Virus record (IMG/VR): IMGVR_UViG_2740892271_000003 | Direction: 5' to 3' (one strand) | Source of the DNA: a virus | Taxonomy: Duplodnaviria; Heunggongvirae; Uroviricota; Caudoviricetes | Length of the DNA: 25,126 nt | Shown: positions 9,197 through 23,259 of the stretch, in pieces | Numbering within the stretch: the stretch's first letter is position 1 | Layout of the letters: every line of letters begins with the position of its first letter | The notes under the pieces: generated by a model | The model's input: the letters and a program-made list of their open reading frames with translations, nothing else | Told to the model about the DNA's origin: nothing | The model's database searches: none | Made by a program: the position numbers and the translations under genes

Positions 9197-9837
9197 TTGT
9201 CGGTATACCTCTCTCGTTTGCTCAGTTGTTCAGGAATATGGTGCAGCAGCTCGCCGTCACCACAGTAAATGGCGGCATGATTCGGCACCGATGAACCAAA
9301 ACAGCACAGCAGCACATCGCCCGGCTGCGCCGCTGACAACGGCACCTGATACAGCCCTGTGGCCTCCAGATTATCCAGATAGAGATTCTGACCGTGACGC
9401 CACCAGTCATCCTCACGATGAAAATCCGGCATCTCAATCCCCGCCAGATGGTAAGCATCCCGGAACAGCGTGTAACAGTCCGTCACCCCGTGCTCAAAGC
9501 GCCGCCCGGTAAGATGTGGCACACAGCGGAACTTGTGAATCGCCCCCCGGCAGACCAGCCACCACGGCAAATCACTCTGCACCTGCAGCCGCCGGTCGGC
9601 CTCACTCAGCCAGGGCAGACCACCGGGGTGGCTGTGGACCAGTGCCACAATCTCACCCTGCATCTCTGCCTGCAGCCAGTCTTCCGGCGACATACGGAAA
9701 TACGCCTCCGGCTCACCGGAGATATTCACGCAGGGGAAATATCTTTCCCCCTCCGGCGTTCTTACCACGAAGCCGCACGACTCCGCTGGAGCACATCGCC
9801 GGGCGTGCGCCAGAATCGCTGATTCTGTCTCTGTCAT
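9094..9837 (-). CDS. K: Tail assembly protein K (MPN/JAMM plus NlpC/P60 domains); long ORF form
   Basis: The JAMM motif HSHPGGLPWLSEAD and an NlpC/P60-like Cys/His set are present. The ATG at 9837 lies 6 nt after the L stop. The classical 199-aa lambda annotation would correspond to a start near 9693. Confidence 0.9.
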   Translation of the reverse strand: MTETESAILAHARRCAPAESCGFVVRTPEGERYFPCVNISGEPEAYFRMSPEDWLQAEMQGEIVALVHSHPGGLPWLSEADRRLQVQSDLPWWLVCRGAIHKFRCVPHLTGRRFEHGVTDCYTLFRDAYHLAGIEMPDFHREDDWWRHGQNLYLDNLEATGLYQVPLSAAQPGDVLLCCFGSSVPNHAAIYCGDGELLHHIPEQLSKRERYTDKWQRRTHSLWRHRAWHASAFTGICNDLAAASTFV

Positions 9838-9842
9838 GGGAT

Positions 9843-10541
9843 TTACTGCGAAAGTTTGTTAATGGAAAGGAAGCCGCCAAAGTTGCCGACGTTATTGCGA
9901 AACTTACAGCCACTCAGGCATTTGCTGCATTTATCCTTCGTGATGTCGGACGTTGGCTGGTCATATTCATCCGCGACCGCCGGACCGTGATAACCGCACT
10001 CATCGCCGCGATAGGTCCAGGTGCAGGTGTTGGCCAGCATGATACGTCCCGGAAAAACAGCGCCATCTGTTTCCGTCGGCGTGGACAGTACAAAAGAGGC
10101 ACTCACCGCGCTCAGTTCGCTGCACTGCTCAATGCGCCAGCGGCTGATCACCTCCTGCTCCGGATCGGCGTCACTGTTTCCGTTGACGAAGTTCACCGCA
10201 TCCAGAAAACGGGCGTAAACCTTACGCCGGACCACCGTTCCGCCGACCAGACTCTGTAGATCTTCCGCCATCCCGGTGACCATACCGTACAGGTTAGAAA
10301 CCATCAGCGTGGGGCGCGTACTGGTGCCTTTGCCATTCAGTTCAAAACCACTCCCCTGAATGGGATACGGCTGATACTGTCGCCCCTGCCAGGTGACCGG
10401 CTCACCTTTTTCGTTCTGCTCATTACAGAAAAAATAACGTTCTCCACCGACCTCTGTCAGATCGATTTCCCAGAGCACCACGCTGGCCGACTGCTCCGCA
10501 CGGGTGCATTCATTCAGTGTTTCCTGCCGGATATCCTGCAT
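9843..10541 (-). CDS. L: Tail assembly protein L
   Basis: 232 aa (MQDIRQETLNECTRAEQSASVVLWEIDLTEVGGERYFFC...), matching lambda gpL. Confidence 0.95.
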   Translation of the reverse strand: MQDIRQETLNECTRAEQSASVVLWEIDLTEVGGERYFFCNEQNEKGEPVTWQGRQYQPYPIQGSGFELNGKGTSTRPTLMVSNLYGMVTGMAEDLQSLVGGTVVRRKVYARFLDAVNFVNGNSDADPEQEVISRWRIEQCSELSAVSASFVLSTPTETDGAVFPGRIMLANTCTWTYRGDECGYHGPAVADEYDQPTSDITKDKCSKCLSGCKFRNNVGNFGGFLSINKLSQ

Positions 10542-10870
10542 CAGTTCACCACCTGTTCAAACTCTGCGCTGAACTCAACACGCAGCATACTGACCCGCGA
10601 CGACCATTTTGCGCAGGTCACCTTTATCTGCCGCCACTCATAAGGCGGCGTCCACAGAAAGGCTTTCCAGCCCCCGTGCTCTTCCAGAAACGACTCCAGT
10701 ACCATGGCCTCCTCACGGGGGACAGAAAGCGTCACGCTGTACGTTTTCAGGTTGGCATTCAGCCCGGCAGGCGCTCGCTGGGAATAGCCATCACCAAAGC
10801 GCACCTTTCTTACAGAAGGGGCCGAAGCCACATCCATACCGGGTTTCACTTTCCAGCGGAAGGTTTTCAT
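10541..10870 (-). CDS. M: Tail assembly protein M
   Basis: 109 aa (MKTFRWKVKPGMDVASAPSVRKVRFGDGYSQRAPAG...), matching lambda gpM. Confidence 0.95.
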   Translation of the reverse strand: MKTFRWKVKPGMDVASAPSVRKVRFGDGYSQRAPAGLNANLKTYSVTLSVPREEAMVLESFLEEHGGWKAFLWTPPYEWRQIKVTCAKWSSRVSMLRVEFSAEFEQVVN

Positions 10871-13428
10871 CGTCCACCTCCGGAGAACAGGCCACCATCA
10901 CGCATCTGTGTCTGAATTTCATCACGGGCACCCTTGCGGGCCATGTCATACACGGCCTTCATCATCTGTGGACCTGGCAGACCATTCGTACCGTCGTTCT
11001 GAATCACCACGTGATTGTTCTGATTAAAATTAATGCCTTCAGCCCGCCGCATCTGCGCCGGACTTCCGGCACCGCCCACATAACCACCTTCCGCATAGCC
11101 GCGCATCAGCCGGTAGAGATTCCCCACGCCAATCCGGCTGGTTGCCTCCTTCGTGAAGACAAATTCACCACGGTGAACAATCCCCGCTGGCTCATATTTG
11201 CCGCCGGTTCCCGTAAATCCCCCGGTTGCAAAATGGAATTTCACCGCAGCGGCCTGAATGGCTGTACCACCTGACGCGGATGCGCCGCCACCAACAGCCC
11301 CGCCAATGGCGCTGCCGATACTCCCGACAATCCCCACCATTGCCTGCTTAAGCAGAATTTCTGTCATCATGGACAGCACGGAGCGGGTGAAGCTGCGCCA
11401 GTTCTGTTCACTGCCGGTCAGCATCGCCGCCATATTCTGTGCAATACCATCAAAGGTCTGCGTGGCTGCACTTTTAACCTGTGACATACTGTCCGTGGCG
11501 CTCTCTTCCCACTCACTCCAGCCGGACTTCAGGCCTGCCATCCAGCTCCCGCGAAGCTGGTCTTCAGCCGCCCAGGTCTTTTTCTGCTCTGACATGACGT
11601 TATTCAGCGCCAGAGGATTATCGCCATACTGTTCCTTCAGGCGCTGTTCCGTGGCTTCCCGCGCTGCCTGCCGGTCAGTCAGCCCCCGGTTTTTCGCATC
11701 AATGGCTGCCCGTTTTGCCCGTTGCTGCTGTGCGAATTTATCCGCCTGCTGCGCCAGCGCATTCAGGTGCTCCTGATACGTAACCTTGTCACCAAGTGCA
11801 GCCAGCTGGCGTTTGTACTCCAGCGTCTCGTCTTTATGCGCCAGCAGGGATTTCTCCTGTGCGGACAGCTGGCGACGTTGTGCCGCCTCCTCCAGTACCG
11901 CGAACTGACTTTCTGCCTTCCACAAATCCCGGCGCTGCTGGCTGATTTTCTCATTCGCTCCGGCATGCTTCTCCAGCGTCCGGAGTTCTGCCTGAAGCGT
12001 CAGCAGGGCCGCATGAGCACTGTCTTCCTGACGATCGCCCGCATACACCTTCACGCCGGACTGTTTCGGCTTTTTCAGCGTCGCTTCATAATCCTTTTTC
12101 GCCGCCGCCATCAGCGTGTTGTAATCTGCCTGCAGGATTTTTCCGTCTTTCAGTGCCTTGTTCAGTTCTTCCTGACGGGCGGTATATTTCTCCAGCGGCG
12201 TCTGCAGCCGTTCGTAAGCCTTCTGCGCCTCTTCGGTATATTTCAGCCGTGACGCTTCGGTATCGCTCTGCTGCTGCGCATTTTTGTCCTGTTGACGCTG
12301 TTGATCTACCCTCTTTTGGGCTGCATCCCGCTCCAGGCGTTTTTTTTCACGATCATCCCAGTAACGCGCCCGTGCTTCATCGTTAACGAAATAATCATCC
12401 TTGCGCAGATTCCAGATGTCGTCTGCTTTCTTAAACGCAGCCTCTGCCTTAATCAGCATCTCCTGCGCGGTATCAGGACGACCAATATCCAGCACCGCAT
12501 CCCACATGGATTTGAATGCACGTGCAGTCCTGTCTGCCCAGGTCTCCAGCGTGCCCATGTTCTCTTTCAGGCGGCGGGTCTGGTCATCAAACCCTTTCGT
12601 TGCGGCCTCGTTCGCCGCCTGCAATGCCCCGGCTTCATCGCCGGAACGCTGCAACTGAGCAACATACGCAATCTGCTCCGCCGTCACGTTATGGAACTGG
12701 CGTGCCATCGCCGTCAGCCCCGACGTCGGGTCTGTGGTCAGCTTCCCGAAGGCTTCAGCGACCTTGTCCACCTCCACGCCGGATGCATAGGAGAAACGCG
12801 CCACACTCTGGCTGATGGACGCAATCTGAGCCTCACCGCTTACCCCCGCCTTAACCAGTGCGCTGAGTGACTCGCTGGTCTGGTTAAACGTCAGCCCTGC
12901 CGCCTGCCCGGCTCTGGACAGGACCAGCATACGATCTGCCGTCAGTCCCGCCTGATTACCGGAAAGGACCAGCGTTTTGTTGAAATCGGACAGGGTTGAG
13001 TTGCCCTGATACCAGGCATACGCCAGCGCACCGGTCGCCACCGCCAGCGAGGTGGCCCCCACCATCGGCAGGGTGATCGCGCCGGCAAGCCCCCTGAACA
13101 TGGGGATCATCCCGCCGAAGGAGTCCTTAACCTGACCACCCTGTTGCAGCAGGATCAGCCAGGGATTCTGCCCCCCTGCAAGCTGCGTGGCCACGTCGGT
13201 GAACTGTGCAGGCAGCATACGCATGGCGGCTTTATACTGCCCGACGGAAATCCCCGCTTTCTGTGCAGCCAGCGCCTGTCGGCTCAGCGACTGTTCAACG
13301 ACTGCCGCTGTTTTTTTCGCATCACTTTCCGTACCGGAAAAATGACGCCTGACTCTGGCCATCTGCTCGTCAAATCTGGCCGCATCCAGACTCAAATCAA
13401 CGACCAGATCGCCTACCGGTTCAGCCAT
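10867..13428 (-). CDS. H: Tail tape measure protein H
   Basis: 853 aa (MAEPVGDLVVDLSLDAARFDEQMARVRRHF...), the same length as lambda gpH and near-identical over most of its length. Confidence 0.95.
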   Translation of the reverse strand: MAEPVGDLVVDLSLDAARFDEQMARVRRHFSGTESDAKKTAAVVEQSLSRQALAAQKAGISVGQYKAAMRMLPAQFTDVATQLAGGQNPWLILLQQGGQVKDSFGGMIPMFRGLAGAITLPMVGATSLAVATGALAYAWYQGNSTLSDFNKTLVLSGNQAGLTADRMLVLSRAGQAAGLTFNQTSESLSALVKAGVSGEAQIASISQSVARFSYASGVEVDKVAEAFGKLTTDPTSGLTAMARQFHNVTAEQIAYVAQLQRSGDEAGALQAANEAATKGFDDQTRRLKENMGTLETWADRTARAFKSMWDAVLDIGRPDTAQEMLIKAEAAFKKADDIWNLRKDDYFVNDEARARYWDDREKKRLERDAAQKRVDQQRQQDKNAQQQSDTEASRLKYTEEAQKAYERLQTPLEKYTARQEELNKALKDGKILQADYNTLMAAAKKDYEATLKKPKQSGVKVYAGDRQEDSAHAALLTLQAELRTLEKHAGANEKISQQRRDLWKAESQFAVLEEAAQRRQLSAQEKSLLAHKDETLEYKRQLAALGDKVTYQEHLNALAQQADKFAQQQRAKRAAIDAKNRGLTDRQAAREATEQRLKEQYGDNPLALNNVMSEQKKTWAAEDQLRGSWMAGLKSGWSEWEESATDSMSQVKSAATQTFDGIAQNMAAMLTGSEQNWRSFTRSVLSMMTEILLKQAMVGIVGSIGSAIGGAVGGGASASGGTAIQAAAVKFHFATGGFTGTGGKYEPAGIVHRGEFVFTKEATSRIGVGNLYRLMRGYAEGGYVGGAGSPAQMRRAEGINFNQNNHVVIQNDGTNGLPGPQMMKAVYDMARKGARDEIQTQMRDGGLFSGGGR

Positions 13429-13855
13429 ACCGGACTCCTCCTGCGATCCCTTCTGATACTGTCATCAGCATTACGTCATCCTCCGTCATGTCCGCCACAT
13501 CCGGGGAAGCGGGGATAACTTCATTCCCGTCCGGGCCAAAGCGGACACCTCCGGCAAGCCCTGCCGCTTTCTGCATCAGCACATCATCTTCAGGCTCTTC
13601 GTCAGCCTCGCGCCGGTTCAGCAGACTGAAATCCAGCGGATGCATCTCCGGATCGCTGAAAAACAGGCTGAGCACGGTGTACGTCAGCCCGGAAAAGTGC
13701 ATATCCAGCAGAACATCATGAAAATAATGGGTACTGTAAAAGCGGTGCCAGTCGGCATACTCCGTGGATGACATCCCGGCAAGCATGGCGCGCCAGTCGG
13801 GTCGCCCCATCTCACGCGCCAGTTTCAGGGCAAAACTCAGCTCACCGTCGAACAC
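13421..13855 (-). CDS. T: T frame of the G-T tail assembly chaperone (expressed by -1 frameshift from G, not from its own start)
   Basis: The ORF (…FDGELSFALKLAREMGRPDWRAMLAGMSSTEYADWHRF...) matches lambda gpT. It begins directly at the slippery site in the -1 frame relative to G. Confidence 0.85.
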   Translation of the reverse strand: MFDGELSFALKLAREMGRPDWRAMLAGMSSTEYADWHRFYSTHYFHDVLLDMHFSGLTYTVLSLFFSDPEMHPLDFSLLNRREADEEPEDDVLMQKAAGLAGGVRFGPDGNEVIPASPDVADMTEDDVMLMTVSEGIAGGVRYG

Positions 13856-14259
13856 TTTCCCGCAGAAACAGGCTCTGCAGGCCCGGCGTCCTCTGCCTGT
13901 TCAGGAGCATCATTCACCACAAACTCATACATACCGGACAGCCGGTACACCACGTTTTCAGCATGAGAAATTGCCTCTGTGGGCCAGGTGGTAAGCACTT
14001 CCTGCTCAATCTGTTTAACGGCTTCATTCATGGACGGCATCTGCGTCTTCTTCGGATGGTTATGCCACAGGGACATCGCAACCACAAAAGCGCCGGTTCT
14101 GATGGCGTCTTCCACAGTAAACTTCCGGTTGCTGTCTGACTCCGCCTGTTCTGCCTGCCGTTTCATCAGGTCGAGATGCTCAATACGCTGCAGGGCTGAC
14201 AGTTCAGAAAGCGTGACGGTCACACCGTTATGTTCAAATGATTCGGTTTTCAGGAACAT
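13837..14259 (-). CDS. G: Tail assembly chaperone G
   Basis: 140 aa (MFLKTESFEHNGVTVTLSELSALQRIEHLDLMKRQAEQ...), matching lambda gpG. Confidence 0.95.
   Translation of the reverse strand: MFLKTESFEHNGVTVTLSELSALQRIEHLDLMKRQAEQAESDSNRKFTVEDAIRTGAFVVAMSLWHNHPKKTQMPSMNEAVKQIEQEVLTTWPTEAISHAENVVYRLSGMYEFVVNDAPEQAEDAGPAEPVSAGKCSTVS
13855..13861 (-). promoter_or_regulatory. Programmed -1 ribosomal frameshift slippery heptamer G GGA AAG (G to G-T)
   Basis: The minus strand reads gcGGGAAAGtg, two codons before the G stop. The zero frame gives ...SAGKCSTVS*, and the -1 frame continues into T. Confidence 0.8.
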
Positions 14260-14274
14260 CGCTGACTCTCCGGA

Positions 14275-15015
14275 TTAACTGGCGGTGACGTTGATTTCTG
14301 CAACCGCAGCAAACTCACCATTACCAGATACGACCGGAATGTTGACCTTGCCTGCAGCAACACCTTTCACGGTGATGGTCATACCACTGACCGACACGGT
14401 GGCTTTTGTTTTATCCGCAGACACCGCACGGAAGCTCTTGTCGGTTGCGCCATCCGGCTGGAATGCCACGGTCAGCGTGGTGCTCTGCCCTTTCACTACG
14501 GAAGCACTGGCGGGTGTCACCGTCATGCCGGTCGTCGCCGTCACCGTGCTGCGATCTTCTGCCATCGACGGACGTCCCACATTGGTGACCTTCACCGTGC
14601 GGGTAATCACCTCCTTCGCCGTCACCGCCTTACCGATACTGCTGACCCAGCCACGGAACACATCGACCGTGCCGTTCGGGAAGCGGATTTTATAGGCACG
14701 GGTATCACCTTCATTAAACCACGCCAGCAGCGCCTGCTGCCCCTGCTCTCCGGGCATCCACGCCAGCGTGAAGCTGGTATCTCCGGCAGATTTCTGCCCC
14801 TGCCCGGTCGCAGTCCAGTCTGCATCTTCATCATCGAGATAGCTGTCGTCATAGGACTCAGCGGTCAGTTCGCCGGGCGTCAGGTCTTTAACTTTTGCCA
14901 GACGCGACCAGTCAACGTCTGAAAGCGGGTTCGCATAAGGGTCACCGCTCCCCTTATAAACCCACAGGGTGGTCCCGGCACCTTTCACCGGCATTGTAGG
15001 ATTTGGTACAGGCAT
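14275..15015 (-). CDS. V: Major tail tube protein V (with C-terminal Ig-like domain)
   Basis: [36 protein letters not shown]... matches lambda gpV (246 aa). The track ORF starts 10 codons upstream at 15045; the internal ATG at 15015 gives the lambda-length protein. Confidence 0.93.
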   Translation of the reverse strand: MPVPNPTMPVKGAGTTLWVYKGSGDPYANPLSDVDWSRLAKVKDLTPGELTAESYDDSYLDDEDADWTATGQGQKSAGDTSFTLAWMPGEQGQQALLAWFNEGDTRAYKIRFPNGTVDVFRGWVSSIGKAVTAKEVITRTVKVTNVGRPSMAEDRSTVTATTGMTVTPASASVVKGQSTTLTVAFQPDGATDKSFRAVSADKTKATVSVSGMTITVKGVAAGKVNIPVVSGNGEFAAVAEINVTAS

Positions 15016-15022
15016 AGCGTCC

Positions 15023-15418
15023 TCACATTTCATAGATAATGACATAAGTCAGATCGGCTGAACTCCACAGGCCCGCATCATCGTCGCGCCGGTAGTCATA
15101 GCCGCTGGCCACCATACTGGTGATCAAATCTGACAGTGCCGGGATATCGCTCATCACAGGATAAATCCGGGACTCCATCCACGAATCCAGCTCTGAATCC
15201 GGCACCTGAGCAGGCAGGAAAACTTCAATATGCAGCTCCGCCTGCCAGGTATCGCTGTCCAGCTCTTCGCCCGTGTATTCAGCGCCGGTGAGATAAACGG
15301 CAATTGCCGGAAAATCTTCCTCATCAAAAACAGCGGGGCGACCATCAAAAAGCGTCGCCCCGGTGTCATGCTTCTCCAGTGCATCCAGTACGGCTGCACG
15401 GAGTTCAGTATGTTTCAT
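15023..15418 (-). CDS. U: Tail terminator protein U
   Basis: 131 aa ([36 protein letters not shown]...), matching lambda gpU. Confidence 0.95.
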   Translation of the reverse strand: MKHTELRAAVLDALEKHDTGATLFDGRPAVFDEEDFPAIAVYLTGAEYTGEELDSDTWQAELHIEVFLPAQVPDSELDSWMESRIYPVMSDIPALSDLITSMVASGYDYRRDDDAGLWSSADLTYVIIYEM

Positions 15419-15993
15419 CGCTTTATTACCATTCTCAGTTGATGCTGCAGCGCATAGCCCAGCTCTTTCGGAAGACGTTCACGCCGTATCCGTTCAATAT
15501 TCTGTTTAAACGCCGTGGTCAGCGGCACCGCCATCGGGATTTTCACCACATCAATGGGGTAACGGTTTTTCCCGGCCACACGCTGCATAACATGCCACCG
15601 GCCGTTTTTCAGTTGCTGAATAAACGCGCCGGGAATACGACGGTTACCCACCACAAGCACGCTGCCGCCACCTTTCAGGGATGAACGCTGCCCCTTTTTA
15701 TGACGCCTGCGGCGGGACAGGACAACCCGCGCATTACCCAGCTTGATTACGGGCAAATCCCCCCGGTTAACTTTGATTCTGGCCTGCGGATTTTTGACCG
15801 TGGCCCTTTTCAGCCTGGCCCTTTCCTTTACCAGTTTCCGGCGTACCTTTGTCTCACGGGCAACCTGTGACGCAGACTGCGATATCGCGGATGAAGCAAC
15901 GCGGTTAATGGCCATTGCGGCGGCACCGGGCACCGCCGTTTTGCTGATACGGCTGAGGTTTTCAACGGCCTGCTCAAGACCTTTTATGGCCAT
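15415..15993 (-). CDS. Z: Tail completion protein Z
   Basis: 192 aa (MAIKGLEQAVENLSRISKTAVPGAAAMAINRVASSA...), matching lambda gpZ. Confidence 0.95.
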   Translation of the reverse strand: MAIKGLEQAVENLSRISKTAVPGAAAMAINRVASSAISQSASQVARETKVRRKLVKERARLKRATVKNPQARIKVNRGDLPVIKLGNARVVLSRRRRHKKGQRSSLKGGGSVLVVGNRRIPGAFIQQLKNGRWHVMQRVAGKNRYPIDVVKIPMAVPLTTAFKQNIERIRRERLPKELGYALQHQLRMVIKR

Positions 15994-16004
15994 ACATCCC
16001 CCTT

Positions 16005-16358
16005 TCAGCGGCGACGGTTAACGGCAGGCGGTACGCCCCGTCCAAGCCAGAGATGACAACTTCCGCCATCATCCGGCGAAACCCGATCTACCCAGAAATT
16101 TTCCTCACCGATGGTCAGCGTGTCTCCACGCCGCAGCTGCCGCACCTCATCAGTCCGGACAAACAGGGACGGGCTGGAGCCTTCAACGCGCACGCCCTGT
16201 CCGGCATAGCTGATATTTTCAGGGTCATCAAAAACACCACGTATCACCGCACCTGACTGCTCACCGGATGTCATGGTGGCTGACGTTCCCATGTACCCGC
16301 GTATCGTTTCATCGGCGCGGGCAATGGCAGCATCGAACAGGTTATCGAAATCAGCCAC
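16005..16358 (-). CDS. FII: Head-tail joining protein FII
   Basis: 117 aa (MADFDNLFDAAIARADETIRGYMGTSATMTSGEQSG...), matching lambda gpFII. Confidence 0.95.
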   Translation of the reverse strand: MADFDNLFDAAIARADETIRGYMGTSATMTSGEQSGAVIRGVFDDPENISYAGQGVRVEGSSPSLFVRTDEVRQLRRGDTLTIGEENFWVDRVSPDDGGSCHLWLGRGVPPAVNRRR

Positions 16359-16369
16359 AGCGCCTCCCG

Positions 16370-16768
16370 TTATTGCATTCTGGCCAGGCCGCGCTCTGTC
16401 ATTTCGGCTGCCACACCGGCAGAGACACGAAACGCCGTTCCCGGCAGCACAAATGCCACAGGTTTATCCCGCGTGGCGTGAAGTGCATCAGTATGCAGCG
16501 TCACCAGTGCCACGACCGTGACCAGTTCAGCCGTATCCTGAATCACGGTATCCGGCTGCGCTGATACCACCTCATTTTCATGCCCGGTCAGCACATTTTC
16601 CCGGCTGAGAGGGGTGTCCTGACCGGCAGTTTCATCCGTGTCATCAAGCTCTTCTTCCAGCTCTGCCACACGAAGCGCCAGTTCTTCTTTCGTTCCCGTC
16701 AAACTGACATCGCGGTTCAATTGCTCACCCAGCTCCTGAAGACGGGCAATCAGTTCATCTTTCGTCAT
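16370..16768 (-). CDS. FI: DNA packaging protein FI
   Basis: MTKDELIARLQELGEQLNRDVSLTGTKEELALRVAEL... matches lambda gpFI (132 aa). The track ORF extends 13 codons upstream to 16807. Confidence 0.9.
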   Translation of the reverse strand: MTKDELIARLQELGEQLNRDVSLTGTKEELALRVAELEEELDDTDETAGQDTPLSRENVLTGHENEVVSAQPDTVIQDTAELVTVVALVTLHTDALHATRDKPVAFVLPGTAFRVSAGVAAEMTERGLARMQ

Positions 16769-16809
16769 GAACTCCTCCACAGAGAGAAAATGGCCCCGAA
16801 GGGCCATGA

Positions 16810-17835
16810 TTACGCCAGTTGAACGGACACGAACTCATCAGGATCAGCCAGCAGCATCAGCGGTGCTGACTGAATCATGGTGAACTCACGCGCCGGATCG
16901 CCGGTGGTCACCCAGTTTTTCGGGTAACGGGCAGAAGCGTTAATGCCTTCGCGCTGTGCGTCCGCATCCTGAATGCAGCCATAGGTGCGCAGACCGCGAG
17001 CCTGAGTGTTCCCCAGCACCATCGTGTTGTCCGGCAGGAAGTTCTTTTTGACGCCGTTTTCCACGTACTGTCCGGAATACACGACGATGGCCACATCGCC
17101 ATACATTCCCTTATAGGACACCGCTTTGCCCAGGTCTTTTACCGCTGTCTCCAGCTCGGAATGAGAGCCGCGACGGGTATCCAGCTTCTCCTTGACGGCT
17201 TTGAAGGAACGGAACAGCGCCCAGCCTTTCGGGTCAAACACGATGATATTCACCACACCGCTGGCGTTCAGCGCGTAGGCTTCGATATCGTCGGTCGGGT
17301 CATACGTGGACTTGTCACGCTTGCTCCACTCCGTGACGCCGGACTGTGTGATGTTGTTCGCCGCACTGCGGCCCATATCCACCTCAACCGGATCGAAGGC
17401 TTCACCGGTCATGGTGTATTTGCCCTTGAGCACGGCAGAAACTGCCTGCATCTCTTCGACCTGAGCAATGGCCAGCTCTTCGTCACGCATGTTCTGCATG
17501 ATGATGCGACGGCGGCGGTAAGCCGGGTCCGCCAGATTCTGCGGATCTTCATCCGGCAGGCGACGCAGGGTCATCTGCGGATTCACCTCATGCTTGGGTT
17601 TGACATATCCCGGCGTAAATTCAGAGGTGGAGCCGCCACGGGAACGGATAACCTCACCGGAAACAATCGGCGAAACGTACAGCGCCATGTTTACCAGTCC
17701 CGGAATTTGTGAGAGATAGACTTTCTCCGTAGTGAAGGGATAGCTCTCACGGAAAAAGAGACGCAGAAACAGCGGATCAAACTTAAATTTCTGCTCATTT
17801 GCCGCCAGCAGCTGGGCGGTTGTGTACATCGACAT
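16810..17835 (-). CDS. E: Major capsid protein E
   Basis: MSMYTTAQLLAANEQKFKFDPLFLRLFFRESYPFTTEKVY... matches lambda gpE (341 aa). The track ORF starts 9 codons upstream. Confidence 0.95.
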   Translation of the reverse strand: MSMYTTAQLLAANEQKFKFDPLFLRLFFRESYPFTTEKVYLSQIPGLVNMALYVSPIVSGEVIRSRGGSTSEFTPGYVKPKHEVNPQMTLRRLPDEDPQNLADPAYRRRRIIMQNMRDEELAIAQVEEMQAVSAVLKGKYTMTGEAFDPVEVDMGRSAANNITQSGVTEWSKRDKSTYDPTDDIEAYALNASGVVNIIVFDPKGWALFRSFKAVKEKLDTRRGSHSELETAVKDLGKAVSYKGMYGDVAIVVYSGQYVENGVKKNFLPDNTMVLGNTQARGLRTYGCIQDADAQREGINASARYPKNWVTTGDPAREFTMIQSAPLMLLADPDEFVSVQLA

Positions 17836-17890
17836 AAAAAAATCCCGTAAAAAAAGCCACACAGGCGGCCTTTAGTGATGAAGGGTAAAG

Positions 17891-18223
17891 TTAAACGATG
17901 CTGATTGCCGTTCCGGCAAACACGGTCCGTTTTTTCGTCTCGTCGCTGGCAGCCTCCGGCCAGAGCACATCCTCATAACGGAACGTGCCGGACTTGTAGA
18001 ACGTCAGTGTGGTGCTGGTCTGGTCAGCAGCAACCGCAAGAATGCCAACGGCAGCACCGTCGGTGGTGCCATCCCACGCAACCAGCTTACGGGTGGAGGT
18101 GTCCAGCATCAGCGGGGTCATTGCAGGCGCTTTCGCACTCAATCCGCCGGGCGCGGTTGCGGTATGAGCCGGGTCACTATTGCCCAGCGGCTGGTAATGG
18201 GTAAAGGTTTCTTTGCTCGTCAT
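17891..18223 (-). CDS. D: Capsid decoration protein D
   Basis: [40 protein letters not shown]... matches lambda gpD (110 aa). Confidence 0.95.
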   Translation of the reverse strand: MTSKETFTHYQPLGNSDPAHTATAPGGLSAKAPAMTPLMLDTSTRKLVAWDGTTDGAAVGILAVAADQTSTTLTFYKSGTFRYEDVLWPEAASDETKKRTVFAGTAISIV

Positions 18224-18232
18224 AAACATCCC

Positions 18233-19532
18233 TTACACTGGTGTGTTCAGCAAATCGTTAACGGCATCAGATGCCGGGTTACCTGCAGCCAGCGGTGCCG
18301 GTGCCCCCTGCATCAGACGATCCAGCGCAGTGTCACTGCGCGTCTGTGCACTCTGTGGTGCTGCGGCCAGAATACGGCGGGCCGTTTCCACGGTCATACC
18401 GGGGGTTTCGGCCAGCACGCGTGCCTGTTCTTCGCGTCCGTGAGCCTCCTCACAGTTGAGGATCCCCATAATGCGACTGTTTTCTGCCGCAACCGCTGCG
18501 GTGATCTGCGCGTTCACGTCCGGCTGCGCCGCGCTGGCGTTCTCGCCCTCCGTCGCTTGCACCACGCCAGTAACGTCAGCCTGCGAAGCAGTGGCTGAAA
18601 CAGTTGTTGATTGAGTCTCTTTGGTCATTCGCCCTCCTGAGAGACGGGATTTACGTGCATCCAGTGCATCACGCATGACGGTGATCGCATCGGTACTGTT
18701 AACAAGTTCATCAGCCAGTCCGGCATCAATGGCCTCCTGACCGCTGTACACTGCAGCCTCGGTATCCAGCACAGCCTGCACGGACAGGCCGGTATATGCC
18801 GACACCTTCTGTGCAAACATCCGGCGGGTTGCATCCATCCGGGACTGCAATGTTTCCCGGACATCATCCGGTAGATGGCTGTAGGGGTTGCCATCCACCT
18901 TATGGCTGCCGCTGTAAATCAGCGTGATTTCCACGCCCTGTTTCTCCAGTGCAGCGCCGTAATTACTGTGAGCCATCATGACGCCGATGGAGCCTGTCCG
19001 GGCGGTCTGCGTGACCAGACGCCGGGAGGCGGCACTGGCAAGCAGCTGACCTGCGCTGCAGTTCATGTCATTGGCCAGCGCCCATACCGGCTTTATGTCA
19101 CGCACACGGGCGATGATGTCAGCGCAGTCAAATGCTCCCGCCACCATTCCGCCCGGTGTGTCCATATCGAGCAGAATGCCGTCCACCATCGGGTCGCTGG
19201 CAGCCTGTTGCAGACGGGCGATAATGCCGTTGTAACCGGTCATCCCCGAGTACGGCTGCAGCGCCCGCGTCCGGCTGACCAGCGTGCCGGACACCGGCAG
19301 CACGGCGATGCCGTTCATTACCTGATAACTGCGGGCCTGTCGTGGTCCGTCATCATCACCGGATAACGCCAGCGCCGCGGGTGCCTCTCCGGCAGTCAGG
19401 CTGTCGCCGGATACTGCATCCGTCAGGCAGCTGATCCCAAGCTGGCCTGCAAGCGCACAAAAGAAAACCCGCGCATAGGCGGGTTCAAGCATCAGCGGCT
19501 CATTAAAAGCCATGCTGGCAATATGCGGGAGA

Positions 19533-19552
<20 letters not shown>
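18233..19552 (-). CDS. C: Capsid assembly protease / scaffold protein C
   Basis: (M)TAELRNLPHIASMAFNEPLMLEPAYARVFFCALAG... matches lambda gpC (439 aa). The start is a GTG at 19550..19552 and overlaps the B 3' end by 20 nt, as in lambda. Confidence 0.9.

Positions 19553-23233
<3,681 letters not shown>

Positions 23234-23259
<26 letters not shown>

Noticed and set aside
9516-10259. 247-aa plus-strand ORF
   Set aside because: It is antisense to K and L and is Arg/Pro-rich with no motifs.
11258-12870. Plus-strand ORFs of 170 to 190 aa inside H
   Set aside because: They are antisense to the tape-measure gene and have no protein-like composition.
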